A stretch of 64,000 nt of DNA from a virus. Every line of letters begins with the position of its first letter. The stretch's first letter is position 1. A model generated the notes under the pieces. It was not told where the DNA came from. It saw only the letters and a program-made list of their open reading frames with translations, and made no database searches. A program made the position numbers and the translations under genes. Below are positions 1-10,200 of this stretch, piece by piece. The stretch is taken from the IMG/VR virus record IMGVR_UViG_3300025593_000028, positions 31,289 through 95,288 of that record; one strand, 5' to 3'.

Positions 1-1
1 A

Positions 2-322
2 GCCGGTGAAGCGGCGGGCACGGCTAGCCTGTTCACGCGCGGGCACGACCCGGCCGAGATCCTCGGGATCAAGATCACCTACAGCGAACAGCCCGAAACC
101 ACGACGGTGAAAGTGTCGGATCGAGAGGGCCTGAACGGCGACGTGCTCTCGGTTGCCGGCAACGAAGACAAGACCTACAGGCCCCAGTCCCCCACGCACA
201 ACTCAGAAGGCGCAGTGATCGAAGGATGGTTCGCGCCGTTCTGCGTAGACGGGCTCGACGTGTCGGTGTCCGGGGCCGACGCCGGCGGGACCGTCACCGT
301 AGAGGTCTACTTCGAGCTCTAG
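2..322 (+). CDS. Virion structural protein, 5'-truncated by the window edge (capsid decoration/head-associated, unassigned)
   Basis: Open frame from base 2 to TAG at 322; beta-rich, lies just upstream of the head-tail connector. Confidence 0.55.
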   Translation, partial: AGEAAGTASLFTRGHDPAEILGIKITYSEQPETTTVKVSDREGLNGDVLSVAGNEDKTYRPQSPTHNSEGAVIEGWFAPFCVDGLDVSVSGADAGGTVTVEVYFEL

Positions 323-339
323 CGGGTAGTATCTCTGCT

Positions 340-996
340 GTGGCAGTACCGCTACTAGCAGAAGCAGAAGATGTAGCACGCGTGCTGCAGGTCACCGAAG
401 CGTCTCTTCCGGAAGGTACGACGCACTACTTGGAAGTCGCGTCTGAATGGGCGCGACAGTTCCTCGGCCAGCCGAAGCTCGGGATCGCCGGGGAAGACAC
501 GCTGAAGTTCTTCGAGCGCCGCAGCGACGCGTTCCTTTCGCTGGAGGGTACCCCCACAGAAGTCAAGATCAAGAGGGCGCCAGGCGGCGAACTGGAAGCG
601 ATCACCGAGGGGACTGAATGGACCGCCCAAGACGGCGGGGTGCGGCTCAGGCCGCCGCTCTTCCTCAACGAACTCGAATACGACCCCCGCTACTACGCGA
701 CGCCGAACGTCGCATTCCAGCGCATCTATCCAGAAGTGCAGGTCACCCGAGAAACGTCAGAAACGGTGAACCAGCTAGTAGTAGAGGGCGTCGCCCAGGC
801 AGCAGCCGCGATCCTGACGCGAGCGCCCAGGGAGGCCAAGGGCCTCTACAGCGAGACGATCGGTGACTACTCCTACAGCAGCGGGTTCGGCCGACGAGGG
901 CTCGAAGGGGTGGTGGAAACCTCCCCGTACTTCTCTACCGCTAAGGCCTTCCTCAAGATGGTGCCGAGGAACCGGCTCAAGCCGTTCGTGGTGTGA
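340..996 (+). CDS. Head-to-tail adaptor (SPP1 gp15/HK97 gp6-like)
   Basis: GTG at 340; C-terminal SETIGDYSYS motif typical of adaptors; gene position. Confidence 0.75.
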   Translation: MAVPLLAEAEDVARVLQVTEASLPEGTTHYLEVASEWARQFLGQPKLGIAGEDTLKFFERRSDAFLSLEGTPTEVKIKRAPGGELEAITEGTEWTAQDGGVRLRPPLFLNELEYDPRYYATPNVAFQRIYPEVQVTRETSETVNQLVVEGVAQAAAAILTRAPREAKGLYSETIGDYSYSSGFGRRGLEGVVETSPYFSTAKAFLKMVPRNRLKPFVV

Positions 997-997
997 C

Positions 998-1447
998 GTG
1001 GCCCAGTTCGGGAACCTCATGGGCCTGCTCACCGAGACGGCGATCGTCTATCGCCGCCAGCAGGTAGAAGGCTCCTACAAGGTAGACCGCTTCGGCCAGC
1101 CCACCCGAGACGAGGAACCTCACCACATCCTCGCCTGCAGGATCACCGCTGCTCGCGGCGGAGAACAGTTCACAGACCGCACCCACGACGTCGTAGAAGC
1201 CACCCATCGTCTGTTCCTAGACAAGGGTGCCGACCTGTCCGAGCAGGACGTGGTGACCGTCGTAGATGCGACCGTAGACGAAGTACAGGGCCCGTTCGAA
1301 GAAGACCCGTCTACCGCGGCAGAAGGGTTCAACGAGATCGTGAGCCGCGCCCGGGTGCTCCTGGCAAAGCGGGCCCATGACGGGTCTAGCGAGCACCACA
1401 GAGAGGCCAAGCTCGCCGTCCAGCGCGAGACCGCGGAGGCCAGCTGA
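998..1447 (+). CDS. Head-to-tail stopper/closure protein (SPP1 gp16-like)
   Basis: DRFGQP...ACRI motif; follows the adaptor. Confidence 0.7.
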   Translation: MAQFGNLMGLLTETAIVYRRQQVEGSYKVDRFGQPTRDEEPHHILACRITAARGGEQFTDRTHDVVEATHRLFLDKGADLSEQDVVTVVDATVDEVQGPFEEDPSTAAEGFNEIVSRARVLLAKRAHDGSSEHHREAKLAVQRETAEAS

Positions 1448-1818
1448 TGGGGCTCAAGAAGGAGGAATGGCACGGCGACAGGATCATCAGGCTGTGGCGT
1501 GCGGCCAGCGGCGAGGCGACCGTGGAAATGGCAGACGAGGTAGCGAAGGAGATGCGCCGGGTGGCGCACGTCAAGACCGAGGCCCTCAAGACGAGCATCC
1601 ACGTGGCCCTGCCGGAAACCAACGGGTCGGTCGTGGGAGCCGAGACCCGCGTCGTGGGCAAAGGTAAGCACGCCCGCGAGGTCGGCAGTTGGCTCCCCTA
1701 CGCGTGCGTCGAGAACAACCGCGGCGGCTCCCACGCGTTCGCCGACATCGGCTGGCAGCTGGCGCGAGCCAAGTTCCGTGTGATCCTCGGACGCGCGTGG
1801 AGGAGGCCCGGACTGTGA
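1447..1818 (+). CDS. HK97 gp10-like neck/tail-completion protein
   Basis: VKTEALKTSI and YACVE motifs (cf. VDTGxLRxSI, YAxxVE); synteny. Confidence 0.7.
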   Translation: MGLKKEEWHGDRIIRLWRAASGEATVEMADEVAKEMRRVAHVKTEALKTSIHVALPETNGSVVGAETRVVGKGKHAREVGSWLPYACVENNRGGSHAFADIGWQLARAKFRVILGRAWRRPGL

Positions 1819-2285
1819 GTCCGCTCGGTCCCGGCAACGTCGAGCTCCCCGGAGAAGACATCCCGTCCCCGGCAGAGCTGCTCATGCGCTTCATCAACGA
1901 CAACGCGAGCGAAAGCATCGTACCCTCCGGAGCTGTGGTAGGCGGCGCTGACGACACGCAGCAGCAGGCCGGGGTGATCGCGCTCATGGACGCGGGTGAC
2001 GCCAACACAGAGCTCTACGTGCCGCTACTGTCCAAGCGGGTGCAGGTACGCTGCGTCGGTCCCACGCTGGCCAAGGCAGACGAGATCGGCAACTACGCGT
2101 TCGAACTACTCAACAAACAGCGCTGGCTCATCCTAGAAGACTCAGAAGAACGGCTCTGGATGGTCCACAGCATCTACTGCACGGTCGGCCCGTCGCACCA
2201 CATCGACAGTCCAGAGACCCACGAGAGCCTGTTCTTCTGCGCTGTCACGCTCGGATCTGAACCGGTAGGCGTGCCAAAACCGTAA
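1815..2285 (+). CDS. Tail terminator
   Basis: RVQVRCVG...A..IA pattern; lies between gp10-like gene and major tail protein; GTGA overlap. Confidence 0.65.
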   Translation: MSPLGPGNVELPGEDIPSPAELLMRFINDNASESIVPSGAVVGGADDTQQQAGVIALMDAGDANTELYVPLLSKRVQVRCVGPTLAKADEIGNYAFELLNKQRWLILEDSEERLWMVHSIYCTVGPSHHIDSPETHESLFFCAVTLGSEPVGVPKP

Positions 2286-2295
2286 GATCTACTCG

Positions 2296-2529
2296 ATGAG
2301 TACTCTGAGCATCCGGTACGTAGGCGGGGCGCACGTCGCGAAGATCGGAGACGACACGTTCGAGAGGAACGGAGACCCCGGTGACGTAGACGAGGAGCTC
2401 GCCAGCAGGCTGCTCGAGTCCCCAGATTGGGAGCCGGCAGGCAAGCAGGACGAGCCTGTCGCCGAGCCCGAGAGTGACGAGCAGAGCGACGAGTTCGACG
2501 AGTTCGACGAGGCGTTCGGCGCCGAGTGA
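2296..2529 (+). CDS. Small acidic virion-module protein
   Basis: 77-aa ORF with a leaderless-type -10 box upstream. Confidence 0.6.
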   Translation: MSTLSIRYVGGAHVAKIGDDTFERNGDPGDVDEELASRLLESPDWEPAGKQDEPVAEPESDEQSDEFDEFDEAFGAE

Positions 2530-2569
2530 GCACCACCTCCACCGCCGCTCGCTATAGGATCTTCACTGG

Positions 2570-3169
2570 ATGAGTACTGACCTTTCCAACTGGGCTCCCT
2601 TCGAGATCCTCGCCGGCCCCGCCGACGTCTACGTGGGCGAATTCGAAGCGACGTTCCCGACCCTCGCCGAAACGCCCAAAGAAGAAGAATTCACCTACAT
2701 CGGTCAGACCGAGGGTGGCGTCACCGTCAAACACACCCAGACGATCACCCCGCTCACCTCCGACCAGCACACCGGCCACGTCAAGGCCCTCCGCACGGAA
2801 GAGGGCCTGGAAGTCTCGTTCTCGGTCGTCGAGCTGACGCTCGAGAACTACAGTGCGGTGCTCAACTCCACGACGATCACGGCGGAAGCCGCGCCGGGCG
2901 AAGGCAAATACCCCAACAAGTCTCTAGCTTTCCACCAGGGCATCCACGTCGACCTGCGCACCCTGCTCATCAGGGGCCGCTCGCCGTACGGGAACTGGCC
3001 CGCGCAGTACCAGGTGCCCATCGTCTACCAGAACGAGAGCCCAGAAGTCGCCTTCGTCAAGGACGACAAGAGCGTCCTCGCCTGCGTCTGGATGGCACTC
3101 GAGGACACCTCCGCCGAATCGGGCGAAGAGTTCGGCACCCTGGTCGCCGCGACCGCCGAAAAAGAATAA
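2570..3169 (+). CDS. Major tail tube protein
   Basis: YIGQTEGGV motif, 199 aa, upstream of chaperones and tape measure. Confidence 0.85.
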   Translation: MSTDLSNWAPFEILAGPADVYVGEFEATFPTLAETPKEEEFTYIGQTEGGVTVKHTQTITPLTSDQHTGHVKALRTEEGLEVSFSVVELTLENYSAVLNSTTITAEAAPGEGKYPNKSLAFHQGIHVDLRTLLIRGRSPYGNWPAQYQVPIVYQNESPEVAFVKDDKSVLACVWMALEDTSAESGEEFGTLVAATAEKE

Positions 3170-3193
3170 CCCCAAGCTCATAAGGAGAGCGGC

Positions 3194-3409
3194 ATGGCCC
3201 ACCGCGGCGCAGCCCAAACCGACACAGCAGGTGACTTGGCCCAGGAGGCCGCAGCCATCGCTGCTGACACGAAGGCCCTACGTAGCCAGACCCGCTCGCT
3301 AGCACAGCGAGCCGCAGCGCTTAGAGACAAGCTCGAGGAAGCCGGCATCGGCTTCTCGGCAGAACCAGACCAGACCATGGCCCAAGAGGGCGAAGGAGGA
3401 AGCAAGTGA
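3194..3409 (+). CDS. Small coiled-coil protein
   Basis: AGGAG SD upstream; stop overlaps the next GTG. Confidence 0.6.
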   Translation: MAHRGAAQTDTAGDLAQEAAAIAADTKALRSQTRSLAQRAAALRDKLEEAGIGFSAEPDQTMAQEGEGGSK

Positions 3410-3873
3410 GCGAGCTAGACGAGAAGCGGGACCTGCTGGAGGACGAGGACGAGGTCCTCGACCAGGACGAGGCAGAGGCCCCCGCAGAGGACCCGACGGA
3501 CGAGGTGCTGAGCATCTCTTCTGACGCGGTGCCTACTAAGAAGATCCGGATCGACGACGACGTCTACGATCTCTACAGCTACGAGCACCTGAGCCCGGAA
3601 CGCGAGGCGTCTGTGACGGCGTGCTTCGCGCAGTTCCAGCGCACCTACCTGGCGCTCGACGGGGCGAAGAACGAAGCCATCGCGAAGAAGGTCGCGAAGA
3701 AGGTGCGCGAGCACCGCATGCGCCTGATCGGCCTCATGACCTCGATCCCCAGGGAGGTCTACGAGCCGCTGAGCGCAGCGAAGCAGGGCAAGATCCTGAG
3801 GGCGATACAAGAGGAGATCGGCGCCGAGGTCGACGACACCAGCGGTGCCGCGGAAGACGACCTCATCGCCTGA
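3406..3873 (+). CDS. Tail assembly chaperone (gpG-like)
   Basis: Strong GGAGG SD; position between tail tube and tape measure. Confidence 0.75.
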   Translation: MSELDEKRDLLEDEDEVLDQDEAEAPAEDPTDEVLSISSDAVPTKKIRIDDDVYDLYSYEHLSPEREASVTACFAQFQRTYLALDGAKNEAIAKKVAKKVREHRMRLIGLMTSIPREVYEPLSAAKQGKILRAIQEEIGAEVDDTSGAAEDDLIA

Positions 3874-4207
3874 CGCTTCGGGAGACCTAGACCCGAAGGA
3901 CCGGTACCGGTACTGGCCGGACCTGTCTTTCTACTATGGGCTGGGCTGGGACGAACTCCGGCGCATGCCCAAGTGGCTCTGCTCGCTCTACATCGAGGAG
4001 CTCCCGCGGCTGCGCGCGCAAGCACAGCTCGCGGCGATCGACTCGTCGTCATTCAGCGACATGGAGGAGGGCGCGCGTAAGCGCCTGCTCCGCAGGCTGA
4101 ACCGCGAAGCCGGCGTGGGCCCGGCGCAGGCCAGCCCGCAGTCCATCGCTGCCTCTGGGATCGGCGTCAAGATGGTCCCGGCAGAGGACGGGGAGGGCGG
4201 TGACTGA
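3845..4207 (+). CDS. Tail assembly chaperone extension (gpT-like), probably expressed by frameshift
   Basis: Overlaps the gpG 3' end in the +1 frame; WPDLSFYYGLGWDELRRMP is a gpT-like motif; ends at the tape measure ATG. Confidence 0.65.
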   Translation: MPRKTTSSPDASGDLDPKDRYRYWPDLSFYYGLGWDELRRMPKWLCSLYIEELPRLRAQAQLAAIDSSSFSDMEEGARKRLLRRLNREAGVGPAQASPQSIAASGIGVKMVPAEDGEGGD

Positions 4208-7200
4208 TGCCCGAGCTCGGAAAAGCTACCTACGTAGTCGAAATCTCGACCCGCGAGGCAGAGCGCGAACTCGGCCGGTTCAAGAAAACCACGCACAGGG
4301 CTACGGCCGATGCCAGTCGAGACGTACACCGCCTCGAGCGAGGCTGGGAAGATGCCGGGCTCGGCGTGCGTAGGGCAGAGCGCGACGTACGCAGATTCAA
4401 CAAAGAGCAGGAACGCGGCGGACGCAAGACCTGGATCTGGGACAACAAACTCCGCCAGTTCAGCAACACGATCAACGCGCTCAAATGGCCGGCGATCTTC
4501 GCGCTGGGTGGGCCGGCGATCCAGGCGCTCGCCTCGCTCGCTGCCGGGGCCGTGTCCGTCAGCAGCGCCCTCGTGTCCGCCACGGGCGGCGTGGTGGCGA
4601 TGGGCGGCGCGCTCGTCCAGATGGCCCGCGGGGCCAGCATCGCGCTCAACGGCATGCTCGGCTTGGCGACTGCCGCTGGGACCCTGCTCCTAGGCTTCAA
4701 CGGCGTCGCCGGCGCGCTTAGCGCCATGATGAACCAGTACGGGAGGTCGGGCCAGGAAGCAGAATCGTCGGCCAAAGCCCAGCGCAGCGCGATGAACCAG
4801 GTGCACAGCGCGATCGAACGTATCCGTACCTCGGAAGAATCGCTCGCGAAGGCGCACGTCGGGGTGGCAGACGCGCAGGAAGAACTCCACAAGGCCCGCA
4901 GAGAAGCGATCAGGGACCTCGTAGACCTCAGGTACGCCGCAGAAGAAGGCCGTCTCAGCGAACGGCAGGCCATCCTCGCGCTCGACGAAGCCAGGGAAAG
5001 CGCAGCTGAACTAGCGAAACGCGGGAGCGGCGCGACTGCGGACGAACAGCGCGGCGCGATCCTGTCGATCGAACAGGCAGAACTCGGGCTGCGCAAGTCT
5101 CGCACCGAAAACAAGCGATCGCAGGAAGACCTACAGCGCGGCGAACGCCGCGGGGTGCGCAACTCAGAAGGGGTAGTCTCGGCGCGCAAGGCGCTCATCG
5201 AAGCGAACCGGAACGTATCCAAGACGGAGCGAGCGCTTGTGCAGAGCGAGCACAACCTCGTGGAACAGCAGAAAGACGCCGCGGAAGCGATGAACAAGAC
5301 CGGCAGGTATGCAAACACCCTGGCGGCAAAAATGAAACTGCTCCCGCCTGCGGCCAAAAAGTTCGTGCACTTCCTCTGGGGGATGAAACCAAAATTCGAA
5401 GAACTCCAGGAGGTCTCTGCTGCCGGGATGTTCCCTGGCATGGAACACGGCCTCACCGCGGCGATGGGGAGCTTCGAGCGGCTGAAGAAAGTGATCGGCC
5501 TCACCGCCGGTGCGATCGGCCACACGTCAGAAGAAATGGGGAGGCTCGTCGGCAGCAAGGGCTTCGGCAGCAGGCTGCAGGAGGTCGGCGAATCGAACGC
5601 GCGGATCATGCGGATGCTCGGCCGGGCCAGCGTCTCGCTCACCGACGCCTTCTCGGTCCTAGCGAAGGCCGGTGCTCCCCTCAACGAATGGCTCGGTGGG
5701 CTGGTCAAGAAGTGGGCCGAACAGTACGATGCCCAGAAGCACGCAGAAGCCTCTAGCGGTCGGCTCGCGAAGAGGTTCTCGATGATCAAATCGATCATCA
5801 AGGCCGTGGGCGGCACCATCTGGAACTTCGGGCACGTGTTTCTCACCGTCATGGAAGCCGGCCAGCACGCCGGGCTCGGCCTGTGGAGGTCCATCGACAA
5901 GTGGTCCAAGGGCCTCCGCGAAGGCGTGGAAAGCGTCAGCGGTCGCAAGAGCCTCAGCGCGTACTTCGAACGGTCGGCGAAAGCCCTGCGGCTCGTGGGG
6001 AAGCTCTTCATGAACCTCCTCGGCACCGTCGTCAACGTGGGATCTGCCAGCCGCAAGACCGGCATGGAGCTACTGCGGATGCTCAACCACGCAGCAGAAG
6101 GTTGGAAGAAGTGGACCGAATCCTTCCACGGCAAGAACGAGATGAAGGCCTACTTCGAGCACACGAAGCCAGACGTCGTCGAGTCGGGCAGGCTCGTAGC
6201 GGCACTCGGCAGCGCGATCGTAGAATTGAACCAGCGCGGGACGGTGGCCCCGCTGCTGCGCGAACTCAGGGTCAAACTACTGCCGGCGCTGACCGAGCTG
6301 ATCGGCAACTTCACGAGCGATCTCGCGCCCGCGGTGATCAACGTGCTGGTAGAACTGATGGGGATCGTGGGCCAGCTCTCCAAGGCATCGGGCGGGCTCA
6401 GCGCGGCGTTCCAGATCATCGCGGGCGGGCTGCGCATCATCAACGGGATCCTGCAGAACCCGATCCTGCGGCAGCTCGCATCGTGGACCCTCGCGTTCGC
6501 TGCTCTGGCGAAGGCAGGTCTGATGGTGAGGGAGGCGTTCCTGGGCAGCGCGCTGTCTCAGGTGATGTCTAGGATCAGGAGCATCGGGGCGGAGAGCTCC
6601 GCAGCGGCGGGCGAGATGTCGGCCGCAGAGACGGAGAAAACTGCGGCGGTCGAACGCACCAACGCGGCCCTCAGGGAGCAGGAAGTACTGATGTCCCGCG
6701 AGGAGGCCGTGGCCATGTACGGGCCGTACGCCGGCAACAAGTACGCGGACAAGCAGGGGCTCCCGGCCACGACCTGGCGCGGCAAATACGCGGGCGCCAA
6801 GAACATGGCCCGGGGCATCCCAGGGCGCGCTAGGAACGTCGGCAGGTCGGCGCTCGGCTTCGCGCGCAGGAACTCCGGGAGCATCATCGGCGGAGGGCTG
6901 CTCGTCGGCGGCTCGTATGCGGGCAGCGCGGTGGGCGGCACGGCGGGCAGCATCATTGGGGGCGCCGCGACCGGGGCCGGGCTCGGCGCGATGTTCGCGC
7001 CCGAGTCGCTCGGCCTCTCGATCCCCATCGGCGCGGCGGCCGGGGCGCTCGCGGCGGGGATCGGCGCGCTGACCAGCGGGGGGTCGTCGCTGGGCAAGGC
7101 CCAGAAGAAACTCATCGGGTACGCGCGGAGGGTGAACCAGACGTTCGGGGAAGCCACGAGCTCTGCTGCTCGCCTGACCGAAGCGCAGAAGCGCGTCTCG

Positions 7201-10200
7201 CAGGCCGGAGACGAAGAGCACCACGCGACGAAGCGCCTCACCAAGGCCGAGAGGAAGCTCAACGAGCTGCGGCACAGCAACCACAAGGACTCGCACGCGG
7301 TAGTCAAAGCAGAATTCAACGTAGCGCGCGCACGGTGGAGCCAGGTGCAGGCGCTGCGCAAGCTGCACGCGTCAGAAGAAGTGCAGCGAGCGGGAGAACA
7401 CGCGACTAGGGCGTCGATCGTCAAGGGCTACGCGGCGACCAAACTCGCCATCGCAGCAGAAGAAAAGCACAGGAAACACCTTGAAGAGCGCGCCCGCACC
7501 GAAGGCTGGACGAAGGAAGTCACCGAAAAGATGGGCAAGACCATCAAGCGGATCACCGGCTACCGAGAAAAAGAAGCGCAGCTCACGAAGGTAGCGGGGC
7601 AGATCAGCGACGGCTTCCGCAAGAAGGTCGAATCGATGACGTCGGCGCAGGCCAAGTACGGGCGGAGCGGCGTCGTACTCACCGACCAGCTCAAAGAACA
7701 GCGCGAAAAGCTGCGCGACATGAAAACGCACGGGCTAGACTACGTCGGCTCCGGGTACCAGCAGCTCAGGGACGAAGCACACAAGACCGAAACCAAGCTG
7801 CAGGAATTCCTGCGCAACACGTCGCCTAAGCTCGCGAAGTTCTCCGAAACAGGATCCACGCACATCAAGGGCCTGTCGGGCGCGTTCGAAGGCATGTCCG
7901 AAGCGACCCGAGAAGCACTCGAAGCACTCGGCGTCAACGTCAACAAGATCCTGCTCAAGCTCGGCGTAGACAAGCTCGCGCCGCCGCACCTCAAACACCT
8001 GAGGGGCCGCGCGGCCGCGGAAGCGCACCACCACATGCAGCCCGGCAACCCGTTCACGCTGGGTCGTCAGCGCGGCGGGCACATCGACATGGGCGCCCCC
8101 GCCGGAGACTCGGTACCGGCGATGCTCGAGAAGGACGAGTACGTCCTGAACCGCAAGGCGGTCAGAAAAGTCGGCGTGCACAACCTCGACCGGCTCAACT
8201 TCGGCGAGGCCCCGAGGTTCGGGTTCCAGCAGGGCGGGTTCGTGATCTCGGAACCGCAGCTCTCTGGGGGGACCAAGGGCCTGCGCGAAGCCGGCCAGAG
8301 CGGGGTGCACCGGGCCACGAAGGCCGCGCGCCACTACGTCAACAAGTTCTGGGGCGGCAAGAAGGGCATCGGCGGGCTGCAGGTCAAGACCGGGCCGATC
8401 CAGCAGATGGCGCGGACGCTCGTCTCGCGGACCTTCGGCCCGGGCCAGTGGAACTCGTTCAACGCGCTGGAGATGGGCGAGGCGGGCTGGGACCCACACG
8501 CGCAGAACCCTGAATCCACGGCGTACGGCCTCGCGCAGAACCTCTACCCGGCGACCTACCCGCCGGCCGGGCGGCCCGGATCGCGAGCGCCGCTGCTCGA
8601 GCAGGCCAAGGCGCAGCTGCAGTGGATGGTGCGCTACATCAAGGAACGCTACGGCGACCCGAAGACCGCCTATGCCACGTGGCTGGGCCGCAGCCCGCAC
8701 TGGTACCAACGCGGCGGTCGGGTGCGGGGCTACCAGCGCGGTGGCCGCGTGAGGCTGCAGTCCGGCGGCCAGCCGACGGCCAGCGCGTCGTCGTGGAGCG
8801 GCGTTGGCGCGGGCGGCCTACACACCGGGATCCACAACCTCGCGTCGTACGTGATGAGCAAGTTTGGTGGCCTGTCGGTCACGAGCACCACCGGCGGAGA
8901 ACATGAACCGAACTCTTACCACTACAAGGGCGAGGCGGTCGACCTAGCGAACTCGAGCACCTCGTACATGGACAAGGCAGCCGGCTGGATCTCGGGCAAC
9001 CTCACGAGCGCACTCACCGAGGGCATCCACAACCCGGACCTATCTGTGAAGTACGGGAAGGGCGTCCCGTCCTCGTACTGGGGTCCGGAAACCTGGGCCG
9101 GGCACAAGAACCACATCCACCTGGCGGTGGACCACCCGTGGTCGCGCCCAAGTTCGCCTGCTTCAGGGTCGGGTGCTAGCGCCGCCGAACGTGGGTTCAC
9201 GAAACCCAAGGAAAAGCTCCCCGACCACACTACGGCCAAGATCCCGACCGGCGGAGTGGGTCCGGGCAAGGGCGGGCACGCCGTAGCGGGCTACTCAGAA
9301 ACTAGCGTCTCGACGGACAAAGTCAAGCTGCCCCCGCTCCCGAAGAACGCGATGGGCTGCACGAAGCAGATCGCGTCGATGCGGTCGCTGCTCAACATGT
9401 ACAACACCGCCGCGAAGCAGACGAAGAACGAGCCCGCCAAGCGCGCCTACCTGGAAAACGCTCGAGTGGTGCGAGGCCGGATTTCCGCGCTGATCAAGCT
9501 CAGGGCGAAGTTCATCCGCTCGGAAAAAATCCGCAAGATCACGACTGCGATCAAACGCGCCGCGGCGTTCGAATACTGGAACGGCGGAGAACTCGTCAAA
9601 GAAGGCCTGCTCGAGCAGCTGGAAAAGAAGTGGACTGCGGCAGAAGAATACGCTGGTCGCGTCACCGACCTAGAGCCGACGGAAGAAGCCGACGCGCTGT
9701 CCTACATCAGGGCGCAGGAGGAACCCGCCTACAAGGCGGTGCTCGGCGTCGAGGGCGACTGGCGCAATGCGCTCGTGCAGGCCAAAGAATCCGGTACACA
9801 GAAGGCGGGCGTCGAGTGGCCCGGGAAGATCACTGACCTCCGCGGCAAGGTCTCGCACCAGAAGGACCGCATCAAGGAAATCACCGAAAAGATCAAGGAG
9901 ATCCTCGGGTACAAGAAAGACCACCCGGAAGCGTGGGAGAAACAGAAGGGCCGGATCCCCGGGCTGAAGAACGAACGCGACGATCTCCGAGGCAAGATAG
10001 AAGTAGAGCGCGCGACGATGGGCGCGCTGCGCGAAGCGATCACGCAGACCTACGGGGAAACGATCCCGGACTGGGAATCGATGATGGAAGGCGTGCAGGG
10101 CGCGTCGGGGCCGTGGGGGGTCATCGCCCCGCTGCCGGCCTCGCCGGACGCGAACGCCGGGTTCGGGGGCGACATCTGGGCCACCCAGATGGCGATCCGA

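Noticed and set aside
4230-8709. Long antisense ORFs (634, 363, 324 aa) opposite the tape measure
   Set aside because: Shadow frames of a high-GC gene with no motifs; the same applies to most plus-strand ORFs beyond 21 kb
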